Positions 8,574-18,155 of a stretch of 64,000 bases of DNA are shown piece by piece. Position numbers and translations under genes: made by a program. A model generated the notes under the pieces. The model made no database searches. It was not told the origin of the DNA and saw only the letters and a program-made list of their open reading frames with translations. Each line of letters begins with the position of its first letter. The stretch's first letter is position 1. This DNA is from an uncultured Acidobacteriota bacterium (GTDB lineage Bacteria > Acidobacteriota > Terriglobia > Acidiferrales > UBA7541), in assembly GCA_963702125.1 (NCBI GenBank), contig OY969716.1, positions 2,515,606 to 2,579,605 on the forward strand. The letters are read 5' to 3'.

Positions 8574-9686
8574 TTACTGCGACGCGCCCGCAGGCATCGA
8601 CTGCGCCCGCTGCGCATTCTCGGCGAAATAATTCTTCTCGCGCAGCCCGTGATAAATCTGCCCGGCGATTCCCGAAGCCCGCGGCCCGCTCACCGAACGC
8701 GACCCGCCGCGAATCAGCACCACCAGCACGATTTTCGGATGCGCCTGGTCCGCGTACGAAACGAACCACCCGAGCCGCCCGCCGAGATTTTCGTCATTGC
8801 ACGTTCCGGTTTTTCCCAGCGACTGCTCGCCGTCCGGATCGTAGCTGCGCTTCGCCGTGCCGTACATCACCGCCGCCAGCATGCCTTCGCGCAAGTCCGG
8901 CAAGAGCGGCGCGATGTCCAGCTGCTGCTTCACGCGCGGGGTGAAATTCTCGCGCTCCGCTGAAGTGCGCGGGTACTGCAAATAATACTGTGTACCGCCA
9001 TTCGCGAGTGTGGCCACAAGCGACGCGAGTTGCAGCGGCGTCAAACGAATCCCTTCGCCGAAGCTCGACATGCGGCGCACGCCGCCATACGCCGGAGGCG
9101 CCGACGGTAGAAATCCCGGCTGTTCCTCGGGAATGTTGTAGCCCGCGCGCTGTCCGAGTCCCACTTCCGTCGCGTAGTTGTGCACGCGCGAAAATCCCAA
9201 TTCGCTGCCCACTTCCTCAAAATAAGTATTGTTCGAGTGCGCCATCGCCTCGGTCAAATCCATATACTTGCGGCGCCCGATCTTCAGCATCGTGTCGCGC
9301 GTGATCACGCCTTCTTCCAGGCCCGCCAGCGCGATCACCGGCTTGATCGTCGAGCACGGTTCGAAGCCCGACGAAAACGCCATCTTCTGATTCACGATTG
9401 TCAGGATGCGTCCGGTCGAAGGATCCATCGCCAGCACCGAGCCGTTCGAATGGCCGAGCGCATCAATCGCGAGTTGACGAATGACCGGATCGTCGTAGTC
9501 GGCCACGTCGCCCTTCGTGGGATCGACGGCCTTGTCCACGGTTCCGCGATGGTGTTTCTTCGAAGATGATTTTGTTGGAGTGCTGGCGGCAGGAATCGGA
9601 GCTGCTACGGCTGTGTTGGCCGCGCCGCTGACGAAAAATGAAAGCACAATTGCGAGAAACTGCGCTGAAGCTGGCTTGCGTCGCAT
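8574..9686 (-). CDS. Secreted penicillin-binding transpeptidase-domain protein
   Basis: Signal peptide, then the three motifs STIKP (SxxK), HSNN (SxN) and KTGT. At 370 aa it has no N-terminal dimerisation domain. Confidence 0.75.
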   Translation of the reverse strand: MRRKPASAQFLAIVLSFFVSGAANTAVAAPIPAASTPTKSSSKKHHRGTVDKAVDPTKGDVADYDDPVIRQLAIDALGHSNGSVLAMDPSTGRILTIVNQKMAFSSGFEPCSTIKPVIALAGLEEGVITRDTMLKIGRRKYMDLTEAMAHSNNTYFEEVGSELGFSRVHNYATEVGLGQRAGYNIPEEQPGFLPSAPPAYGGVRRMSSFGEGIRLTPLQLASLVATLANGGTQYYLQYPRTSAERENFTPRVKQQLDIAPLLPDLREGMLAAVMYGTAKRSYDPDGEQSLGKTGTCNDENLGGRLGWFVSYADQAHPKIVLVVLIRGGSRSVSGPRASGIAGQIYHGLREKNYFAENAQRAQSMPAGASQ

Positions 9687-9834
9687 CTAAGTCGTTTGGC
9701 CCTGCGCCGCCTGATTTCCGGCGCGATTGACTTAGTTTAAGGAAATGTTACGGCGCTGTGCAACTTCATTTGAGGCTAGCGTTCGAGAAAGCTACGCCTG
9801 ACCTTCCGTACAGTTCAGATTTTCTCAAAAAGAG

Positions 9835-9870
9835 AAACGGCGAAGGGCCTCGAAGGGCTCTTCGCCGTTT
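9835..9870 (-). terminator. recA rho-independent terminator (bidirectional hairpin)
   Basis: 11-bp stem AAACGGCGAAG / CTTCGCCGTTT, with T-runs on both strands. It lies 28 nt downstream of the recA stop. Confidence 0.6.
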
Positions 9871-9897
9871 TTATTCTGAGCCGTAAGCAGTGAAGCG

Positions 9898-11064
9898 TTA
9901 GCGCGACGAGCGCGAGCCGCCGCCGGCCGATGCCGCCTTGGCCGCCGTTTTCGCAGCTTCCGGCGCCACCTTGTGCGCATCGCCGTTCGGCTTGTGCGCG
10001 CCTTCCGCCTTCGCTGAGCCGTTGGCTTCCGCTTTTGCGGCTGTGCCATTCGTCTCGGCGCCGGCATGCGTGTTCGGCAGGCCGAGATGCTTGCGCAGCT
10101 CCTGCTCCATCTTGTTGCGGATATCGTGATTGTCCTTCAGGAACTGGCGCGCGTTGTCGCGGCCCTGTCCCAGCCGGTCCGTCTTGTACGAAATCCACGT
10201 GCCGGACTTCTCGAGGATGCCCGCGTTCACGCCGACGTCGATCAGGTCGCCTTCCCGCGAAACGCCTTCGCCATAAATAATGTCGAACTCGGCTTCGCGG
10301 AACGGCGCCGCCACCTTGTTCTTCACGATCTTGGCGCGCGTGCGCGAACCTACTACGCGATCCCCTTCCTTGATCGATTGCACGCGGCGAATATCCACGC
10401 GCACCGAAGCGTAGAACTTCAGCGCGCGGCCGCCCGTCGTCGTCTCCGGATTGCCAAACATCACGCCGATCTTTTCGCGGATCTGGTTGATGAAGATCAA
10501 GCAGGTGCGCGACTTCGCCACGATGCCCGTCAACTTGCGCAGCGCCTGGGACATCAAGCGCGCCTGCAACCCCATCTGCGCGTCGCCCATGTCGCCTTCG
10601 AGTTCAGCGCGTGGAACGAGCGCCGCCACCGAGTCCACCACGATGATGTCCACCGCGTTCGAACGGATCAGCGCTTCGGCGATTTCCAGCGCCTGTTCTC
10701 CATTGTCCGGCTGCGACACCAGCATATTGTCAACGTCCACTCCGAGCTTGCGCGCATAGACGGGATCGAGCGCGTGTTCCGCGTCGATGAACGCCGCTTG
10801 TCCGCCCAGCTTCTGCGCTTCGGCGATCACGTGCAGCGTGAGCGTCGTCTTACCGCCGGATTCCGGTCCGTACACTTCAATCACGCGTCCGCGTGGAAAG
10901 CCGCCCACTCCGAGAGCGGAGTCGATCGAAATCGAGCCGGTTGGAATCACACTCACGGGAACAAGAACGTCCTTGTTGCCCAGCCGCATGATCGAGCCCT
11001 TGCCGTACTGTTTCTCAATTTGAGAAATCGCGAGATCCAAATTCTTTGTTTTTTCGTCAGTCAT
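9898..11064 (-). CDS. recA: Recombinase RecA with an Ala/Lys/Gly-rich C-terminal tail
   Basis: 388 aa with Walker [10 protein letters not shown] and a full RecA core. It ends in a ~55-aa low-complexity tail. Confidence 0.97.
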   Translation of the reverse strand: MTDEKTKNLDLAISQIEKQYGKGSIMRLGNKDVLVPVSVIPTGSISIDSALGVGGFPRGRVIEVYGPESGGKTTLTLHVIAEAQKLGGQAAFIDAEHALDPVYARKLGVDVDNMLVSQPDNGEQALEIAEALIRSNAVDIIVVDSVAALVPRAELEGDMGDAQMGLQARLMSQALRKLTGIVAKSRTCLIFINQIREKIGVMFGNPETTTGGRALKFYASVRVDIRRVQSIKEGDRVVGSRTRAKIVKNKVAAPFREAEFDIIYGEGVSREGDLIDVGVNAGILEKSGTWISYKTDRLGQGRDNARQFLKDNHDIRNKMEQELRKHLGLPNTHAGAETNGTAAKAEANGSAKAEGAHKPNGDAHKVAPEAAKTAAKAASAGGGSRSSR

Positions 11065-11170
11065 CGAAGTGCCACCTCTGAAGTGTGTTGCGATTTAGCT
11101 GGGGTTGGGGGCTGCCAGAGTGTAACACCGCGCCCGGTGTCCCGCCATTTCTAGGGGCAGCGTAGCATAG

Positions 11171-11188
11171 GCGAAGATAAGGCGAAAG
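11171..11188 (-). promoter_or_regulatory. Candidate LexA operator in the recA promoter
   Basis: The gene strand reads GACC-TTTCGCCTTATCTTCGCC-TATGCT, the same TTCGC-N6-TTCGC period-11 repeat as at lexA. A -10-like TATGCT follows it, and it lies 107-124 nt upstream of the recA ATG. Confidence 0.4.
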
Positions 11189-11286
11189 GTCTTTTTTAAA
11201 ATTTTTTGGCGGTGTGCTGGATGGCTCGTTCCTGCTCATAGTACAGGCTTTAACGGCAAAAGCGCAGTTAGGGGCCGGTTTCGCCC

Positions 11287-12357
11287 TCACTGGTCGATCC
11301 TGTTCGTGCGCGTTAGCGATTCATAAATCGACTTCAAGAAGTCCGCCGCAATCGGCAATTTATTTCCAGGAAACCACGCGCGCCAAGCCTCGGGCATTCC
11401 GCGCGCGACGATCTCGGACTCCGAGCGTCCGGCGGCGATGTCCGCACGAACCTGATCGATCGTCAAATCAACCAGCTTCACGTACTGCGAAAGTTCGGCG
11501 CGATTCGATAACTCGGCGCTGTGGCCTGTAATGATGATCGTGTCGTCGTTGACTTGATCGCGGACAGCCGTGAGAGATTTCGCGATGCCGACCATGTCCG
11601 CGCCACTCGCAAGACTTCCCTTCCCGTCGTAAATGTCGCCTACGTGCACCACATTTGCATTTTTGAAATAGACGACCGAGTCGCCGTCGGTGTGCCCCGT
11701 CGCGTAGTGATCGAGTTCGATATCTTCGCCGTCGAAATGAATCGCCATCGAATCTTTGTATGTGATGCGCGGCAGGGCTTTCTGTGGGTATGGACCGATT
11801 GGCGTTTTCGTCCAGAACGGAGTCTGCGCCGTACTCATTCGCTTGAGCACATTTTCCTGCGCGACGATTACGGCGTCGGGTCCGTAGATTTCGTTGCCGC
11901 CCACGTGGTCGTAGTGCCAATGCGTGTTGATCAAAAATTTCACGGGCTTGCCGCCGAATTCATCGAGCGTTTTCTTCACAATCGGCGCCGCGACGGCTTC
12001 GGGATGATCGACGAGCAGAAGTCCCTCGGGCCCATCGAGAATCAGCACCTTATTAATATCCTCGGGCGTGGTGATCAGCAGCAGCGTCAAGTTCCCGCGC
12101 AGCTTCACCGTCTTCGTAGTCGCCTTCGAGTAGTCGGTAGTCCCCGGCTGCGCGAAAAGCACCGGCGCGAAAAGCAACGCGACCAGTGCAAGTAGCGCAG
12201 GCAATCCTGCCTGTGGGCGAACGGCGCGGGGCAATCCCCGCGCTGTTCGCCGGTTTCCTCTTCGCACTCCAAAACGTAACAAAGCAAAAGCCGTCGCTGC
12301 GCGCGCAGCGACACAGGCAGGATTGCCTATGCTACTTACCGACGACGGCCTACGCAT
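11287..12357 (-). CDS. MBL-fold metallo-hydrolase, probably exported
   Basis: HWHYDHVGGN (HxHxDH) plus downstream His/Asp ligands, with a hydrophobic signal-like segment LLALVALLFAPVLFAQ. The true start is uncertain; the track start overlaps the hbd 3' end by 8 nt. Confidence 0.75.
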   Translation of the reverse strand: MRRPSSVSSIGNPACVAARAATAFALLRFGVRRGNRRTARGLPRAVRPQAGLPALLALVALLFAPVLFAQPGTTDYSKATTKTVKLRGNLTLLLITTPEDINKVLILDGPEGLLLVDHPEAVAAPIVKKTLDEFGGKPVKFLINTHWHYDHVGGNEIYGPDAVIVAQENVLKRMSTAQTPFWTKTPIGPYPQKALPRITYKDSMAIHFDGEDIELDHYATGHTDGDSVVYFKNANVVHVGDIYDGKGSLASGADMVGIAKSLTAVRDQVNDDTIIITGHSAELSNRAELSQYVKLVDLTIDQVRADIAAGRSESEIVARGMPEAWRAWFPGNKLPIAADFLKSIYESLTRTNRIDQ

Positions 12358-13210
12358 ATTTGTAAAAGCCTCGGCCGGACTTGCGGCCTAGCCAGCCTGC
12401 GGCGACGTATTTGCGCAGCAAAGGACACGCGCGGTATTTCGGATCGCCGAAACCGTTTTGGAGCACGTCGAGAATGTTCACGCACACGTCGAGGCCGATG
12501 AAGTCGGCGAGCTCGAGCGGGCCCATCGGATGATTCATGCCCATCTTCATCACGGCATCCACAGCTTCCGGCGTCGCGACGCCCTCCATCACCGCATAGG
12601 CCGCCTCGTTGATCAGCGGCATCAGCACGCGATTCGAAACAAATCCCGGCGCGTCGTTCACCGCCACCGGCTTCTTTTCAAGCTTTTCGCACAGCGACGT
12701 GATCGTTGCGAACGTCTCATCGCTGGTGGCGAGGCCGCGAATCACTTCCACCAGCTGCATCACCGGGACGGGGTTCATGAAATGCATGCCGATGAAGCGC
12801 TCGGGGCGCGAAGTTTTCGCCGCCAGCTCGGTGATCGATATAGAGGATGTGTTGCTCGCAAGAATCGCGCCGGGTTTCAGCGCCGCGTCCACTTCCTTGA
12901 GGAGCCGCACTTTCAAATCGAGCTGCTCGGGCACGGCTTCAACGGCTAGATCGGCCGCGCTGAGCTCGCTTGTTCCGGTGGTCGGCTTGATCCGCGCCAG
13001 CACCACAGGCTTATCGACTTCCGCGAGTTTTCCTTTTTTCACTTCGCGGTCGAGATTCTTCGAAATCGTCTCGATCCCGCGATCGAGAAAACGCTGCTCC
13101 ACGTCGCGCAAAATCACTTTATAGCCGGAGCGCGCAAACACGTGCGCGATCCCGTTTCCCATGGTCCCCGCGCCCAGCACGGCCACGATCTTAATCGAGT
13201 CCACCGGCAT
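12350..13210 (-). CDS. hbd: 3-hydroxybutyryl-CoA (3-hydroxyacyl-CoA) dehydrogenase
   Basis: 286 aa. It has the NAD-binding VAVLGAGTMGNGIA motif and family-typical length and sequence throughout. Confidence 0.9.
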   Translation of the reverse strand: MPVDSIKIVAVLGAGTMGNGIAHVFARSGYKVILRDVEQRFLDRGIETISKNLDREVKKGKLAEVDKPVVLARIKPTTGTSELSAADLAVEAVPEQLDLKVRLLKEVDAALKPGAILASNTSSISITELAAKTSRPERFIGMHFMNPVPVMQLVEVIRGLATSDETFATITSLCEKLEKKPVAVNDAPGFVSNRVLMPLINEAAYAVMEGVATPEAVDAVMKMGMNHPMGPLELADFIGLDVCVNILDVLQNGFGDPKYRACPLLRKYVAAGWLGRKSGRGFYKYA

Positions 13211-13299
13211 GAATCCTCCGAAACTTACACCGCCTACGGGAACACACGACGCGAATCTTCGTCAAGCAAGTCCACCGCCTGGCGCATATACTGCCCGCC

Positions 13300-13797
13300 A
13301 TGGTGAACCTCAAAAAGCTTCTCGCGTCTCACAGGCGGCGTCTCGTCGCCCTGGCTTCCACCGCGGCTCTGTTGCTCAGCGCCGGCTACTTCTATCTGTA
13401 CGGCCAGGACAAGTCCGGCTTCCCCGACGGATTTGACGCCGTGCAAGCTGCGCCCCACAGCCACAAAGTTATTTTTGAGAACGATCTGGTCCGCGTGCTC
13501 GAAGTCACGATTCCGCCACCGGGAACCACCGAACCGATGCACCACCATCGCTGGCCGGGATTTTTCCTGAGTTGGGATACCGGCGGCGGCGCGCCGCACG
13601 TTCGCTATCACACCGCGGACGGAAAAGTCCGCGACCAGCCGGCCGACGACGCACCGCGGCATCCCGGAAAATGGGATGTCCGGTGGATGAAGCCTGAACC
13701 GATGCACGCGATCGAAGTGGTTGACGCTCCCGCGAGTGCAACTCCGCAGCCCGGAGATCCGCCTCTGCTTCGCATTGAAATCAAATGTCATCCGTGA
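13300..13797 (+). CDS. Hypothetical exported protein (possible cupin-like fold)
   Basis: 165 aa with an N-terminal hydrophobic anchor and a His cluster (PMHHHRWPG). No firm family assignment. Confidence 0.4.
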   Translation: MVNLKKLLASHRRRLVALASTAALLLSAGYFYLYGQDKSGFPDGFDAVQAAPHSHKVIFENDLVRVLEVTIPPPGTTEPMHHHRWPGFFLSWDTGGGAPHVRYHTADGKVRDQPADDAPRHPGKWDVRWMKPEPMHAIEVVDAPASATPQPGDPPLLRIEIKCHP

Positions 13798-13814
13798 CTT
13801 CGACGCGCTGAAAC

Positions 13815-14477
13815 TCATTCCGGCAACAATTTGAACCAGTAGTATGTGGAAATGTCGCGATACGGCGTCGTCAAAAAAGCGATCACCTCGCGGTTCACCA
13901 CGTCCGGCTGTTCCATGGCCACGAAATGCGTGGCGCCCGGCACGATCCACAGCTGGGCGTGCGGCAGATTCTGATACAGCGAAATCGTTTGGTCGATTTT
14001 GATTCCGTCGTGGTCACCGGCCACCACCAGCACGGGCGTCTGGATCGTACGCAGTTGCGCCACGGTGATGTTGGGATATTTGTCCATCAGGTCTTGCAGC
14101 CTCTTATGCACTTCGGGTGTCGGTTTCGGCCACGATTTCGCCGCCTCGGCGATGGCCGCTTTGGTGCTTTGGACGCGAGGGTCGTCCATCTGAATCGGGG
14201 CGTGATTGTCCGGAGCTTCGTAATCCACGTGCGTGTAATTCGCGCCGAAGGTGATGAGCTTCTTCACCTGTTCCGGGTGCGCGAGCGCCAGCTCGAGGCC
14301 GATGTTTCCGCCGTCGCTCCAGCCGAGCACGTTGACGCTGCCAAGATGAAGCTGCGTGATCAAGGCGCTCATGTCGGAAGCCATCAGCGCGTAGGTGATC
14401 TCGGCGCCCGAGTCTGTGGATTTGCCCTGAGCGTCGAATTGTGCGGTTTGTACGGGAACACAGGGCGCGAGATCGCG
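13815..14477 (-). pseudogene. 5'-truncated alpha/beta-hydrolase gene
   Basis: The nucleophile elbow GWSDGG and the C-terminal half are intact. The frame is open upstream of the first ATG (14384) only to a TGA at 14478-14480. The oxyanion-hole HG segment, roughly the first 60-80 aa, is absent in every frame upstream. Confidence 0.5.
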
Positions 14478-15087
14478 TCAAGGGTGAGTGAAAAGTCCCA
14501 ATAAGGCGGGCGGATGAGATGGGTGGGGTACGGTTTTGTGGTGTGTTGCGTGGTCGAGCGGTGGCTAGGCTACCGCACTGCGGGAAAGGCGTGTCATACG
14601 GGCGCCGAGAAAGGGCTGGGATTGTGCGAGCAGAGTTCACGGAGGGGTGGGCGGCGATGCGCCTGCCCGCAGAGCGGGACTGCCGCACGGGGTAAGGGCG
14701 AGTCCTGTGATTTGTGTCATTTAGTGCCGATTGGAACCGGTCCCCTCCGTTTGTTTTCTTGAAGTTACATCGGATTCTAATCGTACGAGATGTCGATTAG
14801 AAAAAGCTTTCTCGTGTAGATTGCGGGGAATACGTAGGTAAAGGTGCGGATGGATGGACTGAGCGGAGAGGGGCGACTTACCGGTGGGAGTGCGTCCGGC
14901 GCCAGAGAAAGTGCGGGCGCGTGGCATGCGAGGTTGCGATGGAGCGTCAATTCAGCCCCGGCCGCATATAACTCACAAGTAATAGTTTGTAAAGGTAACA
15001 AACGCGATTGACCGTAAGAAAAAGGTGAAGGGATTGGGGGGACGAGCCAACCGGCCCGGGCAGGCGTATGGGCAACGCGGGCGGAAA

Positions 15088-15663
15088 TCAGTCTCGCGCG
15101 GTGTAAACGCTTGTACCAGATTGGGAATAGATGGCGGCGCCTTCGCCGGACGGAATCGGCGTCAAATTGAGCGTTGCGAAAGCCAAATGCGAGGAATACA
15201 GATTCTCGGCGCGGAAATAATAAATGCGGGAGGCTTTCGCGTGAAGAACCGTGACACCGAAAATCAATTTTTGAGAAATCGTCGGCGGGACTTGCCAGGC
15301 GGCGCACAGATGGTAGTCGCCGGGATCGAGCGTCGCGCGGAAATAAGCTTTGTGGCGCGTGGCGCCGATCCACGAGCCGTCCACGGCCCACTTCACTATG
15401 GGATATGTGTGGTGCGAGGAGTTGAAGCGGTCGTCTTGCACGAAATAGACGATAGCTTTGCCGGGAACGGCGGCGGGAGCAGGCGCTTTGGATTTGGCGA
15501 GTACGACTTGGAAGGATTCGGAGATGGGGCCGCAGCTTGACGGAACTTCGAATTGGGATGGCGACGCAGGAGTAGCAGCGGGCGGCGCGTTTGATGACCC
15601 GCTTTGAGCGAGCGTGCTGGCTGCGAAGAGTAGTGCGACGGCGGTGGTTGCGATGCGATTCAT
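15088..15663 (-). CDS. Hypothetical exported protein (DUF2846-like)
   Basis: 191 aa with signal peptide MNRIATTAVALLFAASTLAQ. A beta-rich C-terminal domain contains IYYFRAE. The family assignment is from memory. Confidence 0.45.
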   Translation of the reverse strand: MNRIATTAVALLFAASTLAQSGSSNAPPAATPASPSQFEVPSSCGPISESFQVVLAKSKAPAPAAVPGKAIVYFVQDDRFNSSHHTYPIVKWAVDGSWIGATRHKAYFRATLDPGDYHLCAAWQVPPTISQKLIFGVTVLHAKASRIYYFRAENLYSSHLAFATLNLTPIPSGEGAAIYSQSGTSVYTARD

Positions 15664-15749
15664 ACGTGACCCGTTGAGTGGCGCGCTGCTCGGCGAGTTG
15701 CGGCCGCGAGTTCAGGATACAACGGACGGCGCTGCGGCGCGCGCGGGGA

Positions 15750-16421
15750 TTATGCCGGAGGCGACGCGTCCAAGATTTCGCGGACGACTTCGCGGGCGCG
15801 CTTTTCGTCGGACGGGAGGACGAAGATTGGATTCGGTTTGGGCGCTGCGGCTGGCCCGTTCGAGTGGGCGCCGGAATCGCCGGCGGATGCTTCGGGGGTG
15901 TCGAGGTGCGTGGCGCAGCCAATGCCCACATTGGTGAGGCATTCGACCAGCGTGTTGTGCAGCTCAACATCATCGCCGTGCCAGACTTCGACGGTGGCGT
16001 CGTCGGGATTGAAGTCGGCGGGGACGACGTCGTCGGGCAGATACGCGTCGTCACCATCCTCGGCGGCAAGGGGAATTTCCACCGACTTCTCGTACTCGTC
16101 GAACGCTTTGTCGGCTAGCGCGTGGTATTCGGGCTTGACGAGAATGAGTGTCTGGCGCCTCCCGAGCTCAGGCAGTGAAATATTTCGTTCGACTTCGCTG
16201 TGCGGCACTCCGGCGGCGTCCAGGATGGCCAGAATCGTGGCCAGATCTCCGTCTTCGCCGACGACATCGTAGACGTCCGGACTCTTCGATTGCTCGATCG
16301 CGCGATTGAGCGCGTCGTCGGGACTGACGGGACCAGGAAGATCAGCGACGAGATCGACGCCGCAGCCGGAACAAGTGGTAAAGCCGTGGCGATATTCGGA
16401 ACGGCATTCGGGACAGAACAT
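15750..16421 (-). CDS. Hypothetical acidic protein with N-terminal zinc ribbon
   Basis: MFCPECRSEY...CSGCG gives a CxxC-N14-CxxC layout. The rest is acidic and soluble. Confidence 0.5.
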   Translation of the reverse strand: MFCPECRSEYRHGFTTCSGCGVDLVADLPGPVSPDDALNRAIEQSKSPDVYDVVGEDGDLATILAILDAAGVPHSEVERNISLPELGRRQTLILVKPEYHALADKAFDEYEKSVEIPLAAEDGDDAYLPDDVVPADFNPDDATVEVWHGDDVELHNTLVECLTNVGIGCATHLDTPEASAGDSGAHSNGPAAAPKPNPIFVLPSDEKRAREVVREILDASPPA

Positions 16422-16519
16422 TTTTTGCGTGGCCGCCTAGGTACGGGATAACTGGGCGCGAAGAAAATAGCATACGGCGCGGCGGCGCGCGAGTCGCGCC
16501 GCGTGGGGCGTGGCAATCG

Positions 16520-16966
16520 CTACGAGGCACGCGTCTTCGTGGAGGGTTTCTTGCGGGTGCTGCGGAGGTCGGCGAGGGCGTGGTGGTGAGCCATTACGAT
16601 CACGTCGCGGAGTGACGTGGGATTGAGGGTGGAGAGGCGGGCCAGGACCCACGGGTAGTTCACGTAGTGGTCGGTGAGGAAGTAGGTGTCGGGATCGGAT
16701 TCGATGAGCGCGTCGCGGTCGTCGATTGGGCAGCGGAGGACCAGCGTGTCGTCATCTTCGCGGAGGCGGATGAAGAGCGCGCCATGGACTTTCAGCGCGG
16801 CGGTGCCGTAGGAGACGCCGTCCTCGACGCCTTCGAGCGTATGCGCGATTTGGCGGACGCGGTCAAACTCGCGCGGCGCGGGGCGGTGTTCGATCGGACG
16901 CGATGCGCGCGATGGTTTTTCGCGCGTTGCGGATTTGGCGGTGCGTTTTGATTTTTTGGGTGGCAT
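16520..16966 (-). CDS. MmcQ/YjbR-like protein
   Basis: 148 aa. The pattern GVEDGVSYGTAALKVHGALFIRL...LVLRC...DHYVNYPWVLARL resembles the YjbR family. It has basic N- and C-terminal tails. Confidence 0.4.
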   Translation of the reverse strand: MPPKKSKRTAKSATREKPSRASRPIEHRPAPREFDRVRQIAHTLEGVEDGVSYGTAALKVHGALFIRLREDDDTLVLRCPIDDRDALIESDPDTYFLTDHYVNYPWVLARLSTLNPTSLRDVIVMAHHHALADLRSTRKKPSTKTRAS

Positions 16967-17005
16967 GAGTTCCCTGCTAGCGGATTTTACTTTGGGGCAG
17001 CGTGA

Positions 17006-18040
17006 CTACTGCCAAAAATATACGCTGAGTTCTTTCGACGGGACGAAGTCGGTGAGTTTGGCCGAGAAGCGGTGTTCGTCGAGCCGCGTAACCAGACCGT
17101 TCCAGCAGAACGAAGTTGGCAGCGGGCCGTCCGGCGGGACGCCGTTCGCGTCAACGATCAGCTCGAAATCGTGAATCGGCGTCTTCGAAGTGTTCGCGGA
17201 CGTGAGAATGTAATCCACGGTGGTTGCGAAGCGAAATCCACTACCGGTTTGTTGCCCGAGTTTCTTGGCTTCGGACGGTTCGACGCACGCCTGATCAACG
17301 AACACGGCAACACCCTTTTCTCCTTGCTCCGTTCCCCGCTTCACCTGCGCGCGATATTTGGGATCGAAGTACTCAACCGGCACCTGCGCAGACCCGGCCA
17401 CAGGCATGTATTCGTGGCGGATATGGACAGTCGCGCCGGCGGGAAAAATTTGGTCCCAGTAATAGAGTTTACGGACCTTCCAGTCGGGCCAGTAGTGGTC
17501 GTGCTAATCGTGATCGACCAATCTCAATGCGACGAGCCAGTCCCGTTGCGGTTGCGAAAGTGCGTACAACCCAACAGGAGGCCGTCCGGTGATGAACTGA
17601 TCGGGGTCAAAAACGCCGGCGAGGCCTTCGACGTCGATTTTCATCGAACGAAGCAACGCGTAGTAATCCTTACCGTGCCGCTCGGCGCGGACCTCGGTTT
17701 TGTGTGCGATTGGCGCGCCGTTCACCGACACCTGAAAATTTGGAAAGTTCGGAATGCGTTCGTCGTAAATCTTGTCACAGCTGTACGTCGGAATTGGGAA
17801 AGCGACGGTCGTGGTGACGTCGGAAGCGGTTTCGTTGACAAAATCGAAGTCCACGGAAACTTTTCCCGCGGCAGCGATGGTGAGGACTTCTTTCTGCATG
17901 GTGATGCGGGGTTCTTTGCGGAGGACGATGCCGCCCGCGGCTACGGAGGCGGCGCCGTCGTCGGCGTGGAGGGCGGCGGTGAAGGTTGCGAGTGCGATCA
18001 CGGCCGTTGCGAGTGTTAGGTTGCGGGAGTATGCGCGCAT
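17006..18040 (-). pseudogene. DUF4424-like exported protein interrupted by an in-frame TAG
   Basis: ORFs 17504-18040 and 17006-17407 are in the same frame. The only break is TAG at 17504-17506 (..LVDHD*HDHYWPDWKV..), and the 32 codons between stop and next ATG read as normal protein. The joined length is about 344 aa. Confidence 0.5.
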
Positions 18041-18155
18041 AGTTCCCTTTTGGGGATTGTACTGCGGCGTAATCGAGATGGCGAGAGGTGGGATTGTGGA
18101 AGGTTCACAGACTGACAGTCTATGTTACAGCTCGCTGCGCTCGCCCAAGGAGTCG

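Noticed and set aside
14540-14660. tRNA-like string (GGTCGAGCGGTGGCTAGGCTACCGC ...) in the non-coding tract.
   Set aside because: It has no T-loop GGTTCGA-type motif, no acceptor-stem complementarity and no plausible cloverleaf.
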